32,000 bases of DNA from Candidatus Iainarchaeum sp. (GCA_028710695.1 JAQTTP010000001.1:150001-182000), one strand, 5' to 3'; shown: positions 17,320 to 26,387, numbered from the stretch's first letter. Numbers and translations: made by a program. Notes: generated from the sequence alone by a model not told the origin.

Positions 17320-18224
17320 AAAAAATAATAATTGACACGGATCCAGGACATGATGACGCCTTAGCAATAATGCTTGCAGAAAAAAGTCGGATGTTTGATA
17401 TTCTTGCAATTACTACTGTTGCAGGAAATACAACAATTGAAAAAACAACAAGAAATGCAAAATATGTTTTAGATCTTTTGGATTCAAAAATCCCTCTATA
17501 CTCTGGATCCGAAAAGCCAATAAAAAGAGAATTAATAAAAGCAGTAGTGCATGGGGAAAGTGGACTTGCGGGAATAGATCCAGAAGGGGAAGTAGAACTA
17601 ACAAATAATGCAGTGGATATGATTTTAAAATTAGTAAAAGAAAATCCTGAAGAAATAACTTTAGTAACTTTGGGCCCTTTGACAAATATTGCAAGGGCAA
17701 TTCAGAGAGATCCAGATGTTATGAAAAAAGTAGTAGAAATTGTGGCTATGGGCGGAGCAATAAAAGTTCCTGGAAACAAAAACAGGGTTGCAGAATTTAA
17801 TTTTTTTGTAGATCCCGAAGCAGCAGATATTGTGTTTAGATTTCCTGTGAAAAAAACAATTGTGCCTTTAGATGCTTGTAATAGGATTAAATTGTCTTTA
17901 GATGATTTCAAGAAAATAAAAAACCAAAAAATACGGGGGCCAGTTTTGAAAATGATGGGCCCGTACATAGAAAATATAACTGCGGATGCAGGCGTGAGAG
18001 GGGCATTAATGTATGATCCTCTGACTGTATATTATTTGATTAACCCTGACTCCGCAAAAACTAAAATCTACGATTTAGTAATTGAGACTAAGGGTGAGTT
18101 TACAAGTGGGATGTGTGTTCTAGAATTGAGAAAAAGGGTAAAGAAAGAAAAAAACATTCTAGTTGTAGAAAAAATTAATAGAGAAAGTTTTAAGAAAGAT
18201 TTTATTGAGATTCTTGGACGATAG
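17316..18224 (+). CDS. Inosine-uridine preferring nucleoside hydrolase
   Basis: KKIIIDTDPGHDDALAIMLA...TTVAGN...LVTLGPLTNIARAI...VAMGGA...AEFNFFVDPEAADIVF...ALMYDPLTV. Confidence 0.97.
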   Translation: MKKIIIDTDPGHDDALAIMLAEKSRMFDILAITTVAGNTTIEKTTRNAKYVLDLLDSKIPLYSGSEKPIKRELIKAVVHGESGLAGIDPEGEVELTNNAVDMILKLVKENPEEITLVTLGPLTNIARAIQRDPDVMKKVVEIVAMGGAIKVPGNKNRVAEFNFFVDPEAADIVFRFPVKKTIVPLDACNRIKLSLDDFKKIKNQKIRGPVLKMMGPYIENITADAGVRGALMYDPLTVYYLINPDSAKTKIYDLVIETKGEFTSGMCVLELRKRVKKEKNILVVEKINRESFKKDFIEILGR

Positions 18225-18304
18225 GTTTAGATGAAACAAATAATTTTAAAGGTTCGTAACAAATGTTACAGTTCATTAAATGCCTTTTCTGCCTTGAAAG
18301 AGGT

Positions 18305-19300
18305 ATGGATGAAATACAACTGGCAAGAGAGTTACTGAAAATAAACTCTGTTTCTGGGAACGAACTGGAGATAGGGAATTATATTGTAAATCTCTTAAGG
18401 CCTTACTTTAAAATAAAAAAACAAAAAGTGGGGAATTCATTTAATATTTTTGCATATATTGGGAAACCAAAGCTGATTCTTAATACTCACATAGATACTG
18501 TGGCCCCCTTTTTTGAAGTAAAAGAAAACGAAAGATATTTGTATGGGCGTGGGGCTTGTGATACAAAAGGTCTAATGGCTTCTATGCTCTGTGCAGGAAT
18601 TGATGCTGCTAAAGAGGGGGTCAAAGATTTTGGAATTTTGTTTACTGTGAGGGAAGAAACTGATTTTGCAGGAGTGAAAAAGGCAATAAATCTTGTAAAT
18701 CCAGAAATTATGATCGTAGGTGAGCCAACAAATTTTGATTTTGTAGTTGGACAAAAAGGAATTATTTCCGCAAAAATAATTGCAAGAGGAAAAACAGCAC
18801 ACTCTGCAACACCAGAGAAAGGAGACTCAGCTATCTCAAAACTTTTGGATGTATTACAAAAAATACAGAAAATGATCTTGCCTACAAGTCCGCAGTTAGG
18901 ACCTACTACATTAAATATTGGAAAAATATCTGGGGGGGTTGCCTCAAATATTGTGCCAGATTATGCGGAAGCAAGTATTTCTTTTAGGCTTGCTTGCGAT
19001 AGTAAGATAATATTAAATGACTTGAATGAGATTTGTAAAGGCCTGGAATTACAAATAATAAATTGCTATGAATACAAAATAACAGATTCTGGCTTTCTGA
19101 AAAGTTTCAAAAATAAGAAAATAGTTTTGCCTTATTTTACGGAAATGGGCTTTTGGAATTGTAAGGCATTTATATTTGGGCCTGGGCAAGCAAAATATGC
19201 ACACTCAAAAAATGAGAAAATAAGAAAAATAGATATTGTGAAAGGAAGAAAAGAATACCTAAAGTTGATCCGGTGGTCTTATAACACAAAAAGACTCTGA
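18305..19300 (+). CDS. M20 family metallopeptidase/deacylase (ArgE/DapE/LysK-like)
   Basis: LILNTHIDTVAPF; LYGRGACDTKGLMASML; LFTVREETDFAGVK; VGEPTNFDFVVGQKGIISAKIIARGKTAHSATPEKGDSAI. The track start at 18263 is upstream of the likely ATG 18305. Confidence 0.9.
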   Translation: MDEIQLARELLKINSVSGNELEIGNYIVNLLRPYFKIKKQKVGNSFNIFAYIGKPKLILNTHIDTVAPFFEVKENERYLYGRGACDTKGLMASMLCAGIDAAKEGVKDFGILFTVREETDFAGVKKAINLVNPEIMIVGEPTNFDFVVGQKGIISAKIIARGKTAHSATPEKGDSAISKLLDVLQKIQKMILPTSPQLGPTTLNIGKISGGVASNIVPDYAEASISFRLACDSKIILNDLNEICKGLELQIINCYEYKITDSGFLKSFKNKKIVLPYFTEMGFWNCKAFIFGPGQAKYAHSKNEKIRKIDIVKGRKEYLKLIRWSYNTKRL

Positions 19301-19627
19301 AAATTCGGCCTTTTGCTTGCATTCTTCATAAAACAGTGACACCCAGTCATGATTATACTGTTCACAAGCAGTTGCAATTTTATGTGCTTGCCAATATGTA
19401 AAGCAATTAAATTTCATTAAACTAAATTCGATAACTTCATGTTTTAAATTTCGTTCCTGAGTTTCTTCAGGCATAGCAGAATCAAGCCAAATATCATATT
19501 CTTTTTTTAAGGCTGTGAAGCCAATGGTTTTTGCAGCAAAATAATTCATTGCAGCATAGTCAAGTAATAGTTGTGGATCAACAAGTTTAACATTGAAATC
19601 TAAATAACTAAATCCATTCAATCCCAT
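19259..19627 (-). CDS. Hypothetical protein with KHEVIEFSLMK motif
   Basis: 122-aa ORF convergent with and overlapping the M20 gene by 42 nt; HExxE-like helix, function unknown. Confidence 0.5.
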   Translation of the reverse strand: MGLNGFSYLDFNVKLVDPQLLLDYAAMNYFAAKTIGFTALKKEYDIWLDSAMPEETQERNLKHEVIEFSLMKFNCFTYWQAHKIATACEQYNHDWVSLFYEECKQKAEFSESFCVIRPPDQL

Positions 19628-19760
19628 GTGTCATCACAAGCAATTAATTTATATACTGCACGAGCATATATAAATTTTTTCCTTATTTTGATTAATTTTT
19701 CATTATAAAAAGAGAATTTAATAATTAAAAAATAAAAAAGAAGAGGACATTATGATAATT

Positions 19761-20171
19761 TTATAGTCCTTTTTTCCTTGGTTTGCCTAATTTACCTTTT
19801 TCTAATGGTTTTGGTAAAGGCATCAGATGGTGTCCAAACCTGTAAATCATTATTCCTAATATGAACACTACTATCCAACCGAATAAACAAGCCATTGGTT
19901 TTAATGCTAGCTGAATCATCTGGTTACTATTGAAATATACTTGATTTGGATATAGCATTAATCCTGTATCATTGAAAGCAGCTTGCTTACAATCTAAAAT
20001 ATAATTTTCTCCAAGATCTGTGTAACATCTGTCTAGATGATCAGAAACAGTCCACATCTGGATTAAACTCCCTATGCTTGCTAAGATTCCGAATATACCA
20101 ATGAAAAATATAAAAGCACCAATCAATTTCAAGCCGTGTGTATTTTTTCCTACTCTAAGAACTCTATGCAT
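19761..20171 (-). CDS. Hypothetical two-TM membrane protein
   Basis: LKLIGAFIFFIGIFGILASIGSLI and MACLFGWIVVFILGIMIYRF helices separated by a loop with two Cys. Confidence 0.6.
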   Translation of the reverse strand: MHRVLRVGKNTHGLKLIGAFIFFIGIFGILASIGSLIQMWTVSDHLDRCYTDLGENYILDCKQAAFNDTGLMLYPNQVYFNSNQMIQLALKPMACLFGWIVVFILGIMIYRFGHHLMPLPKPLEKGKLGKPRKKGL

Positions 20172-20332
20172 ATTTAGCCCCCTATAATTATTACCTGATT
20201 TTTCAATATATATTAATCTTTAAGCTTTTTATACTTATCTAAAAATTGTTCAAAATACCTGCAGAGAATAGAAAAAAATATATACTCCTAAATAGTGTGT
20301 TTAATATAACATTAAAGAAGTGACACTCAACA

Positions 20333-21457
20333 ATGGAAGAAGATGAGGGATCGTTAAAAGTTAAAAAGCCTCCCCTCGGTTTGGCAAAAAAAACCGATTG
20401 GAGAACTATTCTACGCGATAGCGTCAGTACTCCTACGGCCCTTGCTAATTCTTTGAATTTATCTAAAGATGAAATTTCTGAAGTCTGTGATAATTACCCT
20501 GCAATGATTAATCCTTACTACCTATCTTTGGTAAAGAAAAAAGGAGACCCGATCTACAAGCAATGTGTTCCAGATGTGAAGGAATTACAAGATTATGTTG
20601 GCGAAGAAGACCCTCTCTGTGAAGAGCCAGATCACCAGCAAAGAAAAGGGGTTCCTTCTTTAGTAACACATAGATATCCGGATAGATTATTATTTAGAGT
20701 TTCAAACCAATGTGCAATGTTCTGTAGGTTTTGTACTAGAAAGAGAAAGGTTGGGCACCCGAAAAAGAATCCAACCCCAAAAGAGATTTCTGAAGCAATA
20801 ATTTATATAAAAAACCACTCTGAAATAAGGGATGTAATTTTGTCTGGTGGAGACCCACTAATGTTAGGTGATAAACAGCTTGAAACAATAATAAGGAACG
20901 TTTATAACATTCTGAAAAAAAGAAAAAACAGCATAATAAGAATTGGAACTAGAATGCCCTGTGTTTTGCCACAGAGAGTAACAAAGGGGCTTTGTAGAAT
21001 GCTGAAGAAATACCACCCTCTGTTCATAAACACCCACTTTAACCATCCTTCTGAAATAACTCCCGAAAGCAGAAAAGCCTGCGGGATGCTAGTAGATTCT
21101 GGGATTCCTATGGGAAATCAAACTGTTTTGCTGAAGGGGGTAAATGACGACCCTGCAGTAATGAAAGAATTGGTTCAAGGGCTGATAAACATGAGGGTAA
21201 GGCCATATTATCTTTATCAAGCAGATTTGGTAAGGGGAACAAATCACTTTAGAACTACAGTCCAAAAAGGATTAGAGATATACAAGGCGTTAAGGGGCCA
21301 TACATCTGGGTTGTGTGTTCCGAATTATGTTATTGATGCTCCGGGTGGTGGGGGAAAGATCCCTCTGTTGCCAGAATATGTAGTTTCTATTAGTAAGGAC
21401 AAAGTGGTTTTAAAGAATTATGAAAACAAGAAGTTCGAATATTTACAAATAGAATGA
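20333..21457 (+). CDS. Lysine 2,3-aminomutase family radical SAM enzyme
   Basis: YPDRLLFRVSNQCAMFCRFCTRKRKVG (CxxxCxxC), DVILSGGDPLMLGD, RIGTRMPCVLPQRVT, HFNHPSEITPE, PYYLYQADLVRGTNHFRTTVQKGLEI. Confidence 0.93.
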   Translation: MEEDEGSLKVKKPPLGLAKKTDWRTILRDSVSTPTALANSLNLSKDEISEVCDNYPAMINPYYLSLVKKKGDPIYKQCVPDVKELQDYVGEEDPLCEEPDHQQRKGVPSLVTHRYPDRLLFRVSNQCAMFCRFCTRKRKVGHPKKNPTPKEISEAIIYIKNHSEIRDVILSGGDPLMLGDKQLETIIRNVYNILKKRKNSIIRIGTRMPCVLPQRVTKGLCRMLKKYHPLFINTHFNHPSEITPESRKACGMLVDSGIPMGNQTVLLKGVNDDPAVMKELVQGLINMRVRPYYLYQADLVRGTNHFRTTVQKGLEIYKALRGHTSGLCVPNYVIDAPGGGGKIPLLPEYVVSISKDKVVLKNYENKKFEYLQIE

Positions 21458-21464
21458 ATTGTCT

Positions 21465-21809
21465 TTACCTAATTATTTTCTCTGTTTTTAGATTCAGAAT
21501 CCTGCAAGCATGTAAAAGATTGTAATCATCACTGTGTAAAGTGGCTTTTTTTTCTAAGGCAAGAGCAATAACCTCTATGTCTGTTTCGGAAAGTTTTAGC
21601 TTGTTCTTTTTCTTGATTTCTTTTACTTTTTTTACGCTCTCCTCAGAAGGGTCTTGGATTTTTAGTTTTCCTATAGAGATTGCATTATTTAATTTGGTTC
21701 TGAATTCGAAATCCTTTATTTCTGAGATAACGGAATTTGTAATATAAGCCTCTGTTTCTATTGGCCCGAAATTGTTTAGTATCGCAGAAGTATCAAAAAC
21801 ATTAACCAT
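21465..21809 (-). CDS. PIN domain protein, Nob1-like
   Basis: MVNVFDTSAILNN...ITNSVISEIKD...KLKIQDPSEESVKKVKEIKKKNKLKLSETDIEVIALALEKKATLHSDDYNLLHACRILNL; no zinc ribbon. Confidence 0.75.
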   Translation of the reverse strand: MVNVFDTSAILNNFGPIETEAYITNSVISEIKDFEFRTKLNNAISIGKLKIQDPSEESVKKVKEIKKKNKLKLSETDIEVIALALEKKATLHSDDYNLLHACRILNLKTEKIIR

Positions 21810-21900
21810 ATTACAAAGAAGAACGAAATAGAATATAAATTAAATACCACACATTTGCGCAAAAGAAACCTTTTTATACTGTTTGTGTGGTATTGATAAT

Positions 21901-22782
21901 ATGCAATTAGTTACTAAAGGGATTGGAAAAGGCAAAGTATATTATTTACATCATACCAGAAGGGAAGGGAAGGAGTACAAAAACTATGACCTATATCTTG
22001 GAAAAGTACTGCCTGGAGACCTAGAATTTAGAAAATATGCCTTTTTTGAAGAGGTTTATGCTGATGTATTTAAGGAAATAGTTCGGATTAAGGAAAAAAT
22101 AAAAAAAGAAGAAAAAAATATGCCGCTCTCTGTAGAAAAGAAGAACTTATTTCAATTTGGAATTAAGTTTACATATAATACAAATAGAATTGAAGGCAGC
22201 ACACTAAGCATTAAAGATACTAAAGACGCAATAGAAGATAATATCTTGCCAGATCGTAAACCAATATCAGATGTAATTGAAGCAAAAAAACACCAAGAAC
22301 TATTTTTAAAAATAATTGAATCAAAAGAAGACGTAAGTTACTCAAGCATTTTATATTGGCATAAATTTTTATTTACTGAAAGCAAGGGGGATATCGCAGG
22401 GAAAGTTAGAACTTATCCTGTGTGGATTTCAGGATCCAAATTTAACCCCCCTGGACCAAATGAGGTTGACTTTGAACTTAAGGATTTTTTTAAATGGTAT
22501 GAAAAAAATAAACAAAAACTAGATCCAATTATTTTATCGTCTTTAGTACACTTTAAATTTGTGTCTGTGCATCCTTTTGGAGACGGAAACGGAAGAATTT
22601 CAAGGCTTATGATGAATGCAGTTTTAAATAGATTTAGATATCCTTTATTTATAATAGATTACAAAAATAGACGTGGATACTATAATGCTTTGGAAAAGTC
22701 TAATGTAGAAAATAATGAACTACATTTTGTGGCTTGGTATTTGAAAAATTATTTGAAATATTTGAAGAGTGATAATAAATGA
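21901..22782 (+). CDS. Fic family protein (AMPylase-like)
   Basis: SVHPFGDGNGRISRLMMNAVL (HPFxDGNGRxxR) and upstream TNRIEGS inhibitory-type motif. Confidence 0.95.
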   Translation: MQLVTKGIGKGKVYYLHHTRREGKEYKNYDLYLGKVLPGDLEFRKYAFFEEVYADVFKEIVRIKEKIKKEEKNMPLSVEKKNLFQFGIKFTYNTNRIEGSTLSIKDTKDAIEDNILPDRKPISDVIEAKKHQELFLKIIESKEDVSYSSILYWHKFLFTESKGDIAGKVRTYPVWISGSKFNPPGPNEVDFELKDFFKWYEKNKQKLDPIILSSLVHFKFVSVHPFGDGNGRISRLMMNAVLNRFRYPLFIIDYKNRRGYYNALEKSNVENNELHFVAWYLKNYLKYLKSDNK

Positions 22783-23678
22783 TGAAAGCGGTATTATTAG
22801 GAAGTGTATCTAGCAAGCCGACTACTGAGAATTTTACTTCTTGTATGCTTGTACAGAATGAGGCAAAAGTTTACTTATTTGATGCCTGTGAAGGAGTACA
22901 GATGAGAATAATGCAATCTGGAATAAGCTTTATGAAAATAGATTCTATTTTTTTGAGCCACTTTCATGCAGACCATATTTTGGGAATTCCTGGGCTTATT
23001 GCAACAATGGAATTATCAGAAAGGCAAAGCCCATTGAATATATTTGGGCCAAAAGGAATTAAGCAAAGAGTTTCAGAGATTTTAAATTTGATGAATATTG
23101 GACACTCTTTTAAAATAAATTACAAAGATCTGAGCGAGGGGAAAGTTTTTGAGAATGAAAAAGTAGAAATTTATGCGAAAAAATTTATTCATAGAATATT
23201 GAATTATGGATTTATTATGAAAGAAAAAGACAAGGTAGGGGAATTTAATAGAAAAAAAGCAGAGAAACTTCTTCCGCCTGGGCCATTATATAAACAATTA
23301 CAAGATGGGAAAACAGTAACTTATAATGGAAAGAAAATAAAGCCGGAAATGGTAATGGATTATAACAAAGGCAGAATTGGAAAGAAGATTGGGTATATTG
23401 TTGATACTTATGATAAGGGCTATGAAAAATTTATCGGCAATGCAGATATTTTGTTTCATGAGTCTTGCTTTATGAAAGAAGAAGAAAAGAGAGCAAAGCA
23501 GACAAAGCACTCAGTAATGGAAGATGTAATAAAAATCTCAAAAAAAGCAAAAGTAAAAAAACTAGTTCTGTTTAATTATAGTAATAGGTATTTAGAAGAC
23601 TTGGAAAAAACAAAAAAGAAAATAAAGTCTAAAGATATTGTATTTGGAAACGATTTAGATTGTTTTGAACTAAAATAA
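22779..23678 (+). CDS. rnz: Ribonuclease Z (tRNA 3'-endonuclease)
   Basis: FLSHFHADHILGIPGLIATMELSERQSPLNIFGPKG; HRILNYGF; GYIVDT; ADILFHESCF; KHSV. Confidence 0.9.
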   Translation: MMKAVLLGSVSSKPTTENFTSCMLVQNEAKVYLFDACEGVQMRIMQSGISFMKIDSIFLSHFHADHILGIPGLIATMELSERQSPLNIFGPKGIKQRVSEILNLMNIGHSFKINYKDLSEGKVFENEKVEIYAKKFIHRILNYGFIMKEKDKVGEFNRKKAEKLLPPGPLYKQLQDGKTVTYNGKKIKPEMVMDYNKGRIGKKIGYIVDTYDKGYEKFIGNADILFHESCFMKEEEKRAKQTKHSVMEDVIKISKKAKVKKLVLFNYSNRYLEDLEKTKKKIKSKDIVFGNDLDCFELK

Positions 23679-23695
23679 CTGTTGCGGGGATTATT

Positions 23696-24079
23696 ATGAA
23701 GGAAGTTTTGAGGAAAGCAAAAAAGACTAAAGATGAAGTTCATTTGGTGAGGCCTGTTTCTTTTAAAGAATTTAGGTCACACTTTTCAAAGAAGAAAAAA
23801 ATACATATGTCAAAATCAACTTTGTCTAGGCTGTCTGAGCAGACAAAAATCTTAATACACCAAAAAAAGATAAAAATAATAATTGAAAAAATAAGGGGAA
23901 GACCAATAGAAGCAGATCCTAAACTGTTGGCAAAAGCAATATCTTTATACAAATCTGGATTTTCTTATAGAGAAATTGAAAAGAAAATTGGAATGCCAAA
24001 AAGTAGCGTACATTATATTGTAAAAAAAGCAAAAAGAAAAAAAATAAAAACAAAGAAAGGGCATTATTCAATTGATTAA
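23696..24079 (+). CDS. Basic HTH protein
   Basis: GRPIEADPKLLAKAISLYKSGFSYREIEKKIGMPKSSVHYIVKKAKRKKIK is a helix-turn-helix. Confidence 0.65.
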   Translation: MKEVLRKAKKTKDEVHLVRPVSFKEFRSHFSKKKKIHMSKSTLSRLSEQTKILIHQKKIKIIIEKIRGRPIEADPKLLAKAISLYKSGFSYREIEKKIGMPKSSVHYIVKKAKRKKIKTKKGHYSID

Positions 24080-24960
24080 TAGGTTAAAAGATAAACCCTT
24101 TCATTGTGAACTAAGAATATTGATTCTATTCTTGAAAATATCTCTGCTGTGCCTAAATTTGACATCCTTTCTGTAATTCTATTTCTTGCATTCACTGTTG
24201 ACCCAAGTTCAAAGAGGCCAAATCTTCCAAATACGTATGTTGCCCCCTCTTTTAATGGTTCTAATGTATCCCCCACTTTTAGCACGAAACCGCTTTTTGT
24301 TTTTGCTATAACTGGGCTTTCAAGAATTAGCGTTTTTGCATCTATGTGGTCGTGGTTTAATACTACCCCGGAGTTCTCAACAATCTGAACTTTTGATTTT
24401 TCTGTAAATTCTGCAAGTTTTCCTGCTATCTGCCTTAACGGGCTTCCACTAGTATATGATGCTTTACCAACAGTCTCTAAAATATCTCTCTTTGTCTGGT
24501 CGTGCCAACCTCTATTGAATCTTTTTATGTGGAGACCGCCATTGCTGTCAACAAAAAATACACTTTCAACAGGTGCAACTTTACTTTTATTAATTCTTAC
24601 TACATTTTGGGACATAACTAATCTTGTTTTTCCATCCCATACAATAAGGCCAGATGCCCCGAAAATATAATGTACTCCTTTAGATAATAAAACTGGTGGT
24701 GCATCTGGGCTATTAAAAAATACCTTGTTTTCAATTTTTTCTAAACGGTACATATTAGTAGATTCTGTACCATGCCCTGTGCCCATGGCAGAAACTATTC
24801 CGTTTGCTCTGTATACCGCAGTTTCTGTTGCCCTTGCTTGTTTTCTTACAAAAGAATTTGCAGGCATTTTTGTATGTTCTGTTTCTCTATCAATATGTAT
24901 TTCTAAATTTGGCTTTCTAAGTCTTCTAGCTATCTTTCTAAATAACTCCCCCATAAACAA
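24076..24960 (-). CDS. Unknown protein with apparent internal duplication
   Basis: Two similar segments: LLSKGVHYIFGASGLIVW...VESVFFV and PLKEGATYVFGRFGLFEL...IESIFLV. Confidence 0.6.
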   Translation of the reverse strand: MFMGELFRKIARRLRKPNLEIHIDRETEHTKMPANSFVRKQARATETAVYRANGIVSAMGTGHGTESTNMYRLEKIENKVFFNSPDAPPVLLSKGVHYIFGASGLIVWDGKTRLVMSQNVVRINKSKVAPVESVFFVDSNGGLHIKRFNRGWHDQTKRDILETVGKASYTSGSPLRQIAGKLAEFTEKSKVQIVENSGVVLNHDHIDAKTLILESPVIAKTKSGFVLKVGDTLEPLKEGATYVFGRFGLFELGSTVNARNRITERMSNLGTAEIFSRIESIFLVHNERVYLLTY

Positions 24961-24975
24961 CCACTTTTTAAATAT

Positions 24976-25512
24976 CTAAATATTCTTTAGGTTCCAATTT
25001 TTTATAAATCTACTCTTTGGAATTTGGTTTTTTATTGTATTATCTAAACAAATACCCATGCCCACTATTTCGTCTCCAAATTTTATTATTTTGTAGCCAC
25101 GTTCTAGAGGCTCTTTTAGAACAAGATCTTCCCCTCTCAAATATGATAATAAGTCAGATTCTTTTATTTGGTAAAGGTTTTTTGTTGCGTGCTTTCCAAA
25201 AATTTGAATAAAATTTGTTGTTGCTTTTTTATTGTCATCAAAAGGATTACGTAAAGCTCGTAGGCCAACAGTATTTATTTTTAGGCCGGAGTTAATAAAT
25301 GCAAGTGCTTGTGTTGATTTTTTTGTGGAAATCCAAAGATCTTTTCCTCTTTTTATAAATTCATAACCTTTGAAAGCTTTGCTAGGAATTCCAAACTGAG
25401 ATTCTAGATAATTGAAAATTACTAATTCCTCTTTTTTGCTTAATAGCTGATATTCTATTTTTTCATAATTTTTGTCAGGAAAAAAGCCCCTATCTTCGCT
25501 TTGTGTGGCCAT
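24976..25512 (-). CDS. Stand-alone PUA-like RNA-binding domain associated with NOP2/Sun methyltransferase
   Basis: Overlaps the methyltransferase stop; ends GYKIIKFGDEIVGMGICLDNTIKNQIPKSRFIKNW, resembling C-terminal domains of NOL1/NOP2/Sun proteins. Track start is 25524. Confidence 0.55.
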   Translation of the reverse strand: MATQSEDRGFFPDKNYEKIEYQLLSKKEELVIFNYLESQFGIPSKAFKGYEFIKRGKDLWISTKKSTQALAFINSGLKINTVGLRALRNPFDDNKKATTNFIQIFGKHATKNLYQIKESDLLSYLRGEDLVLKEPLERGYKIIKFGDEIVGMGICLDNTIKNQIPKSRFIKNWNLKNI

Positions 25513-26387
25513 ATTCTTACGCACCTCTTAATTTGTTTGTCTATTTCGAAATCCTTGTACTTTGTTAATCCATTTGATTGATTAACACCATCAAATTCAA
25601 CAGGTTTTATTTCAATATCAAATTCTTTTAATACTCTGTTTACAACCAACTCATTTTCTTCTGGAGAAATTGTACAAGTAGAATAAATAATTGTTCCTTT
25701 TGGTTTTGTTGCAGTAATTGCTGCCTTTAATAATTCATATTCCAATTTTGCAGAACCGCTGACAAAGTTTGGGCCCCATTTGTGCTTGATTTTTTCGTCT
25801 TTGAACATCGTTCCTTCTAAAGAGCAAGGGGCATCTAATAATACCTTATCAAATGCTTCAGGCATTTTTCTAAAATATCTGCCATCATTTCTTGTTATAA
25901 CTGTATTTATAATTCCTAATCTTTCTAGGTTGTCTTGTAATGCTTGAATTCTTTTTTGGTTTGGTTCGTTTGCAACAATTAGACCTTGGTTTTTCATATC
26001 CATGCCTATTTGAGTTGTTTTTGACCCTGGCGCAGCAGCAAGATCCAAAATGGACTCATCTTCCTCTGCCTCCAAAGGAATTACTGGAAGCATAGAACTT
26101 GCATCTTGGACATAAATTTTTCCTAAAAAATGTTCTAAAGTGTTTCCTAAGGACGCACCAAAAGCATTAACAAAAAAGCCGTATTTATACCATTCCATTT
26201 GTGTTAATTTAAACCCTTTGGCTTCTAATGATTCTTTAACCTCTTTAGGGCTTGCTCTAAGGGAATTTACCCTGAATGATTTTAGAGGGGGCTCAACTAA
26301 TGCCTTTTTGAAGTCATCGATTTCTTTCTCGGGAAGTATTTCTGTAACTTTTTCTAAAAACAATTTTGGTATCTCTTGTGTTTGCAT
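25455..26387 (-). CDS. NOL1/NOP2/Sun family RNA (m5C) methyltransferase
   Basis: FRVNSLRAS; YVQDASSMLPV; ILDLAAAPGSKTTQI; VLLDAPCSLEGT; IIYSTCTISPEENE (both catalytic Cys motifs). Confidence 0.95.
   Translation of the reverse strand: MQTQEIPKLFLEKVTEILPEKEIDDFKKALVEPPLKSFRVNSLRASPKEVKESLEAKGFKLTQMEWYKYGFFVNAFGASLGNTLEHFLGKIYVQDASSMLPVIPLEAEEDESILDLAAAPGSKTTQIGMDMKNQGLIVANEPNQKRIQALQDNLERLGIINTVITRNDGRYFRKMPEAFDKVLLDAPCSLEGTMFKDEKIKHKWGPNFVSGSAKLEYELLKAAITATKPKGTIIYSTCTISPEENELVVNRVLKEFDIEIKPVEFDGVNQSNGLTKYKDFEIDKQIKRCVRIWPHKAKIGAFFLTKIMKK

Noticed and set aside
21465-22782. PIN protein plus Fic protein as a toxin or defence island
   Set aside because: The genes are convergent or divergent without antitoxin-like partners, the PIN protein fits Nob1 better, and the surrounding genes are housekeeping.
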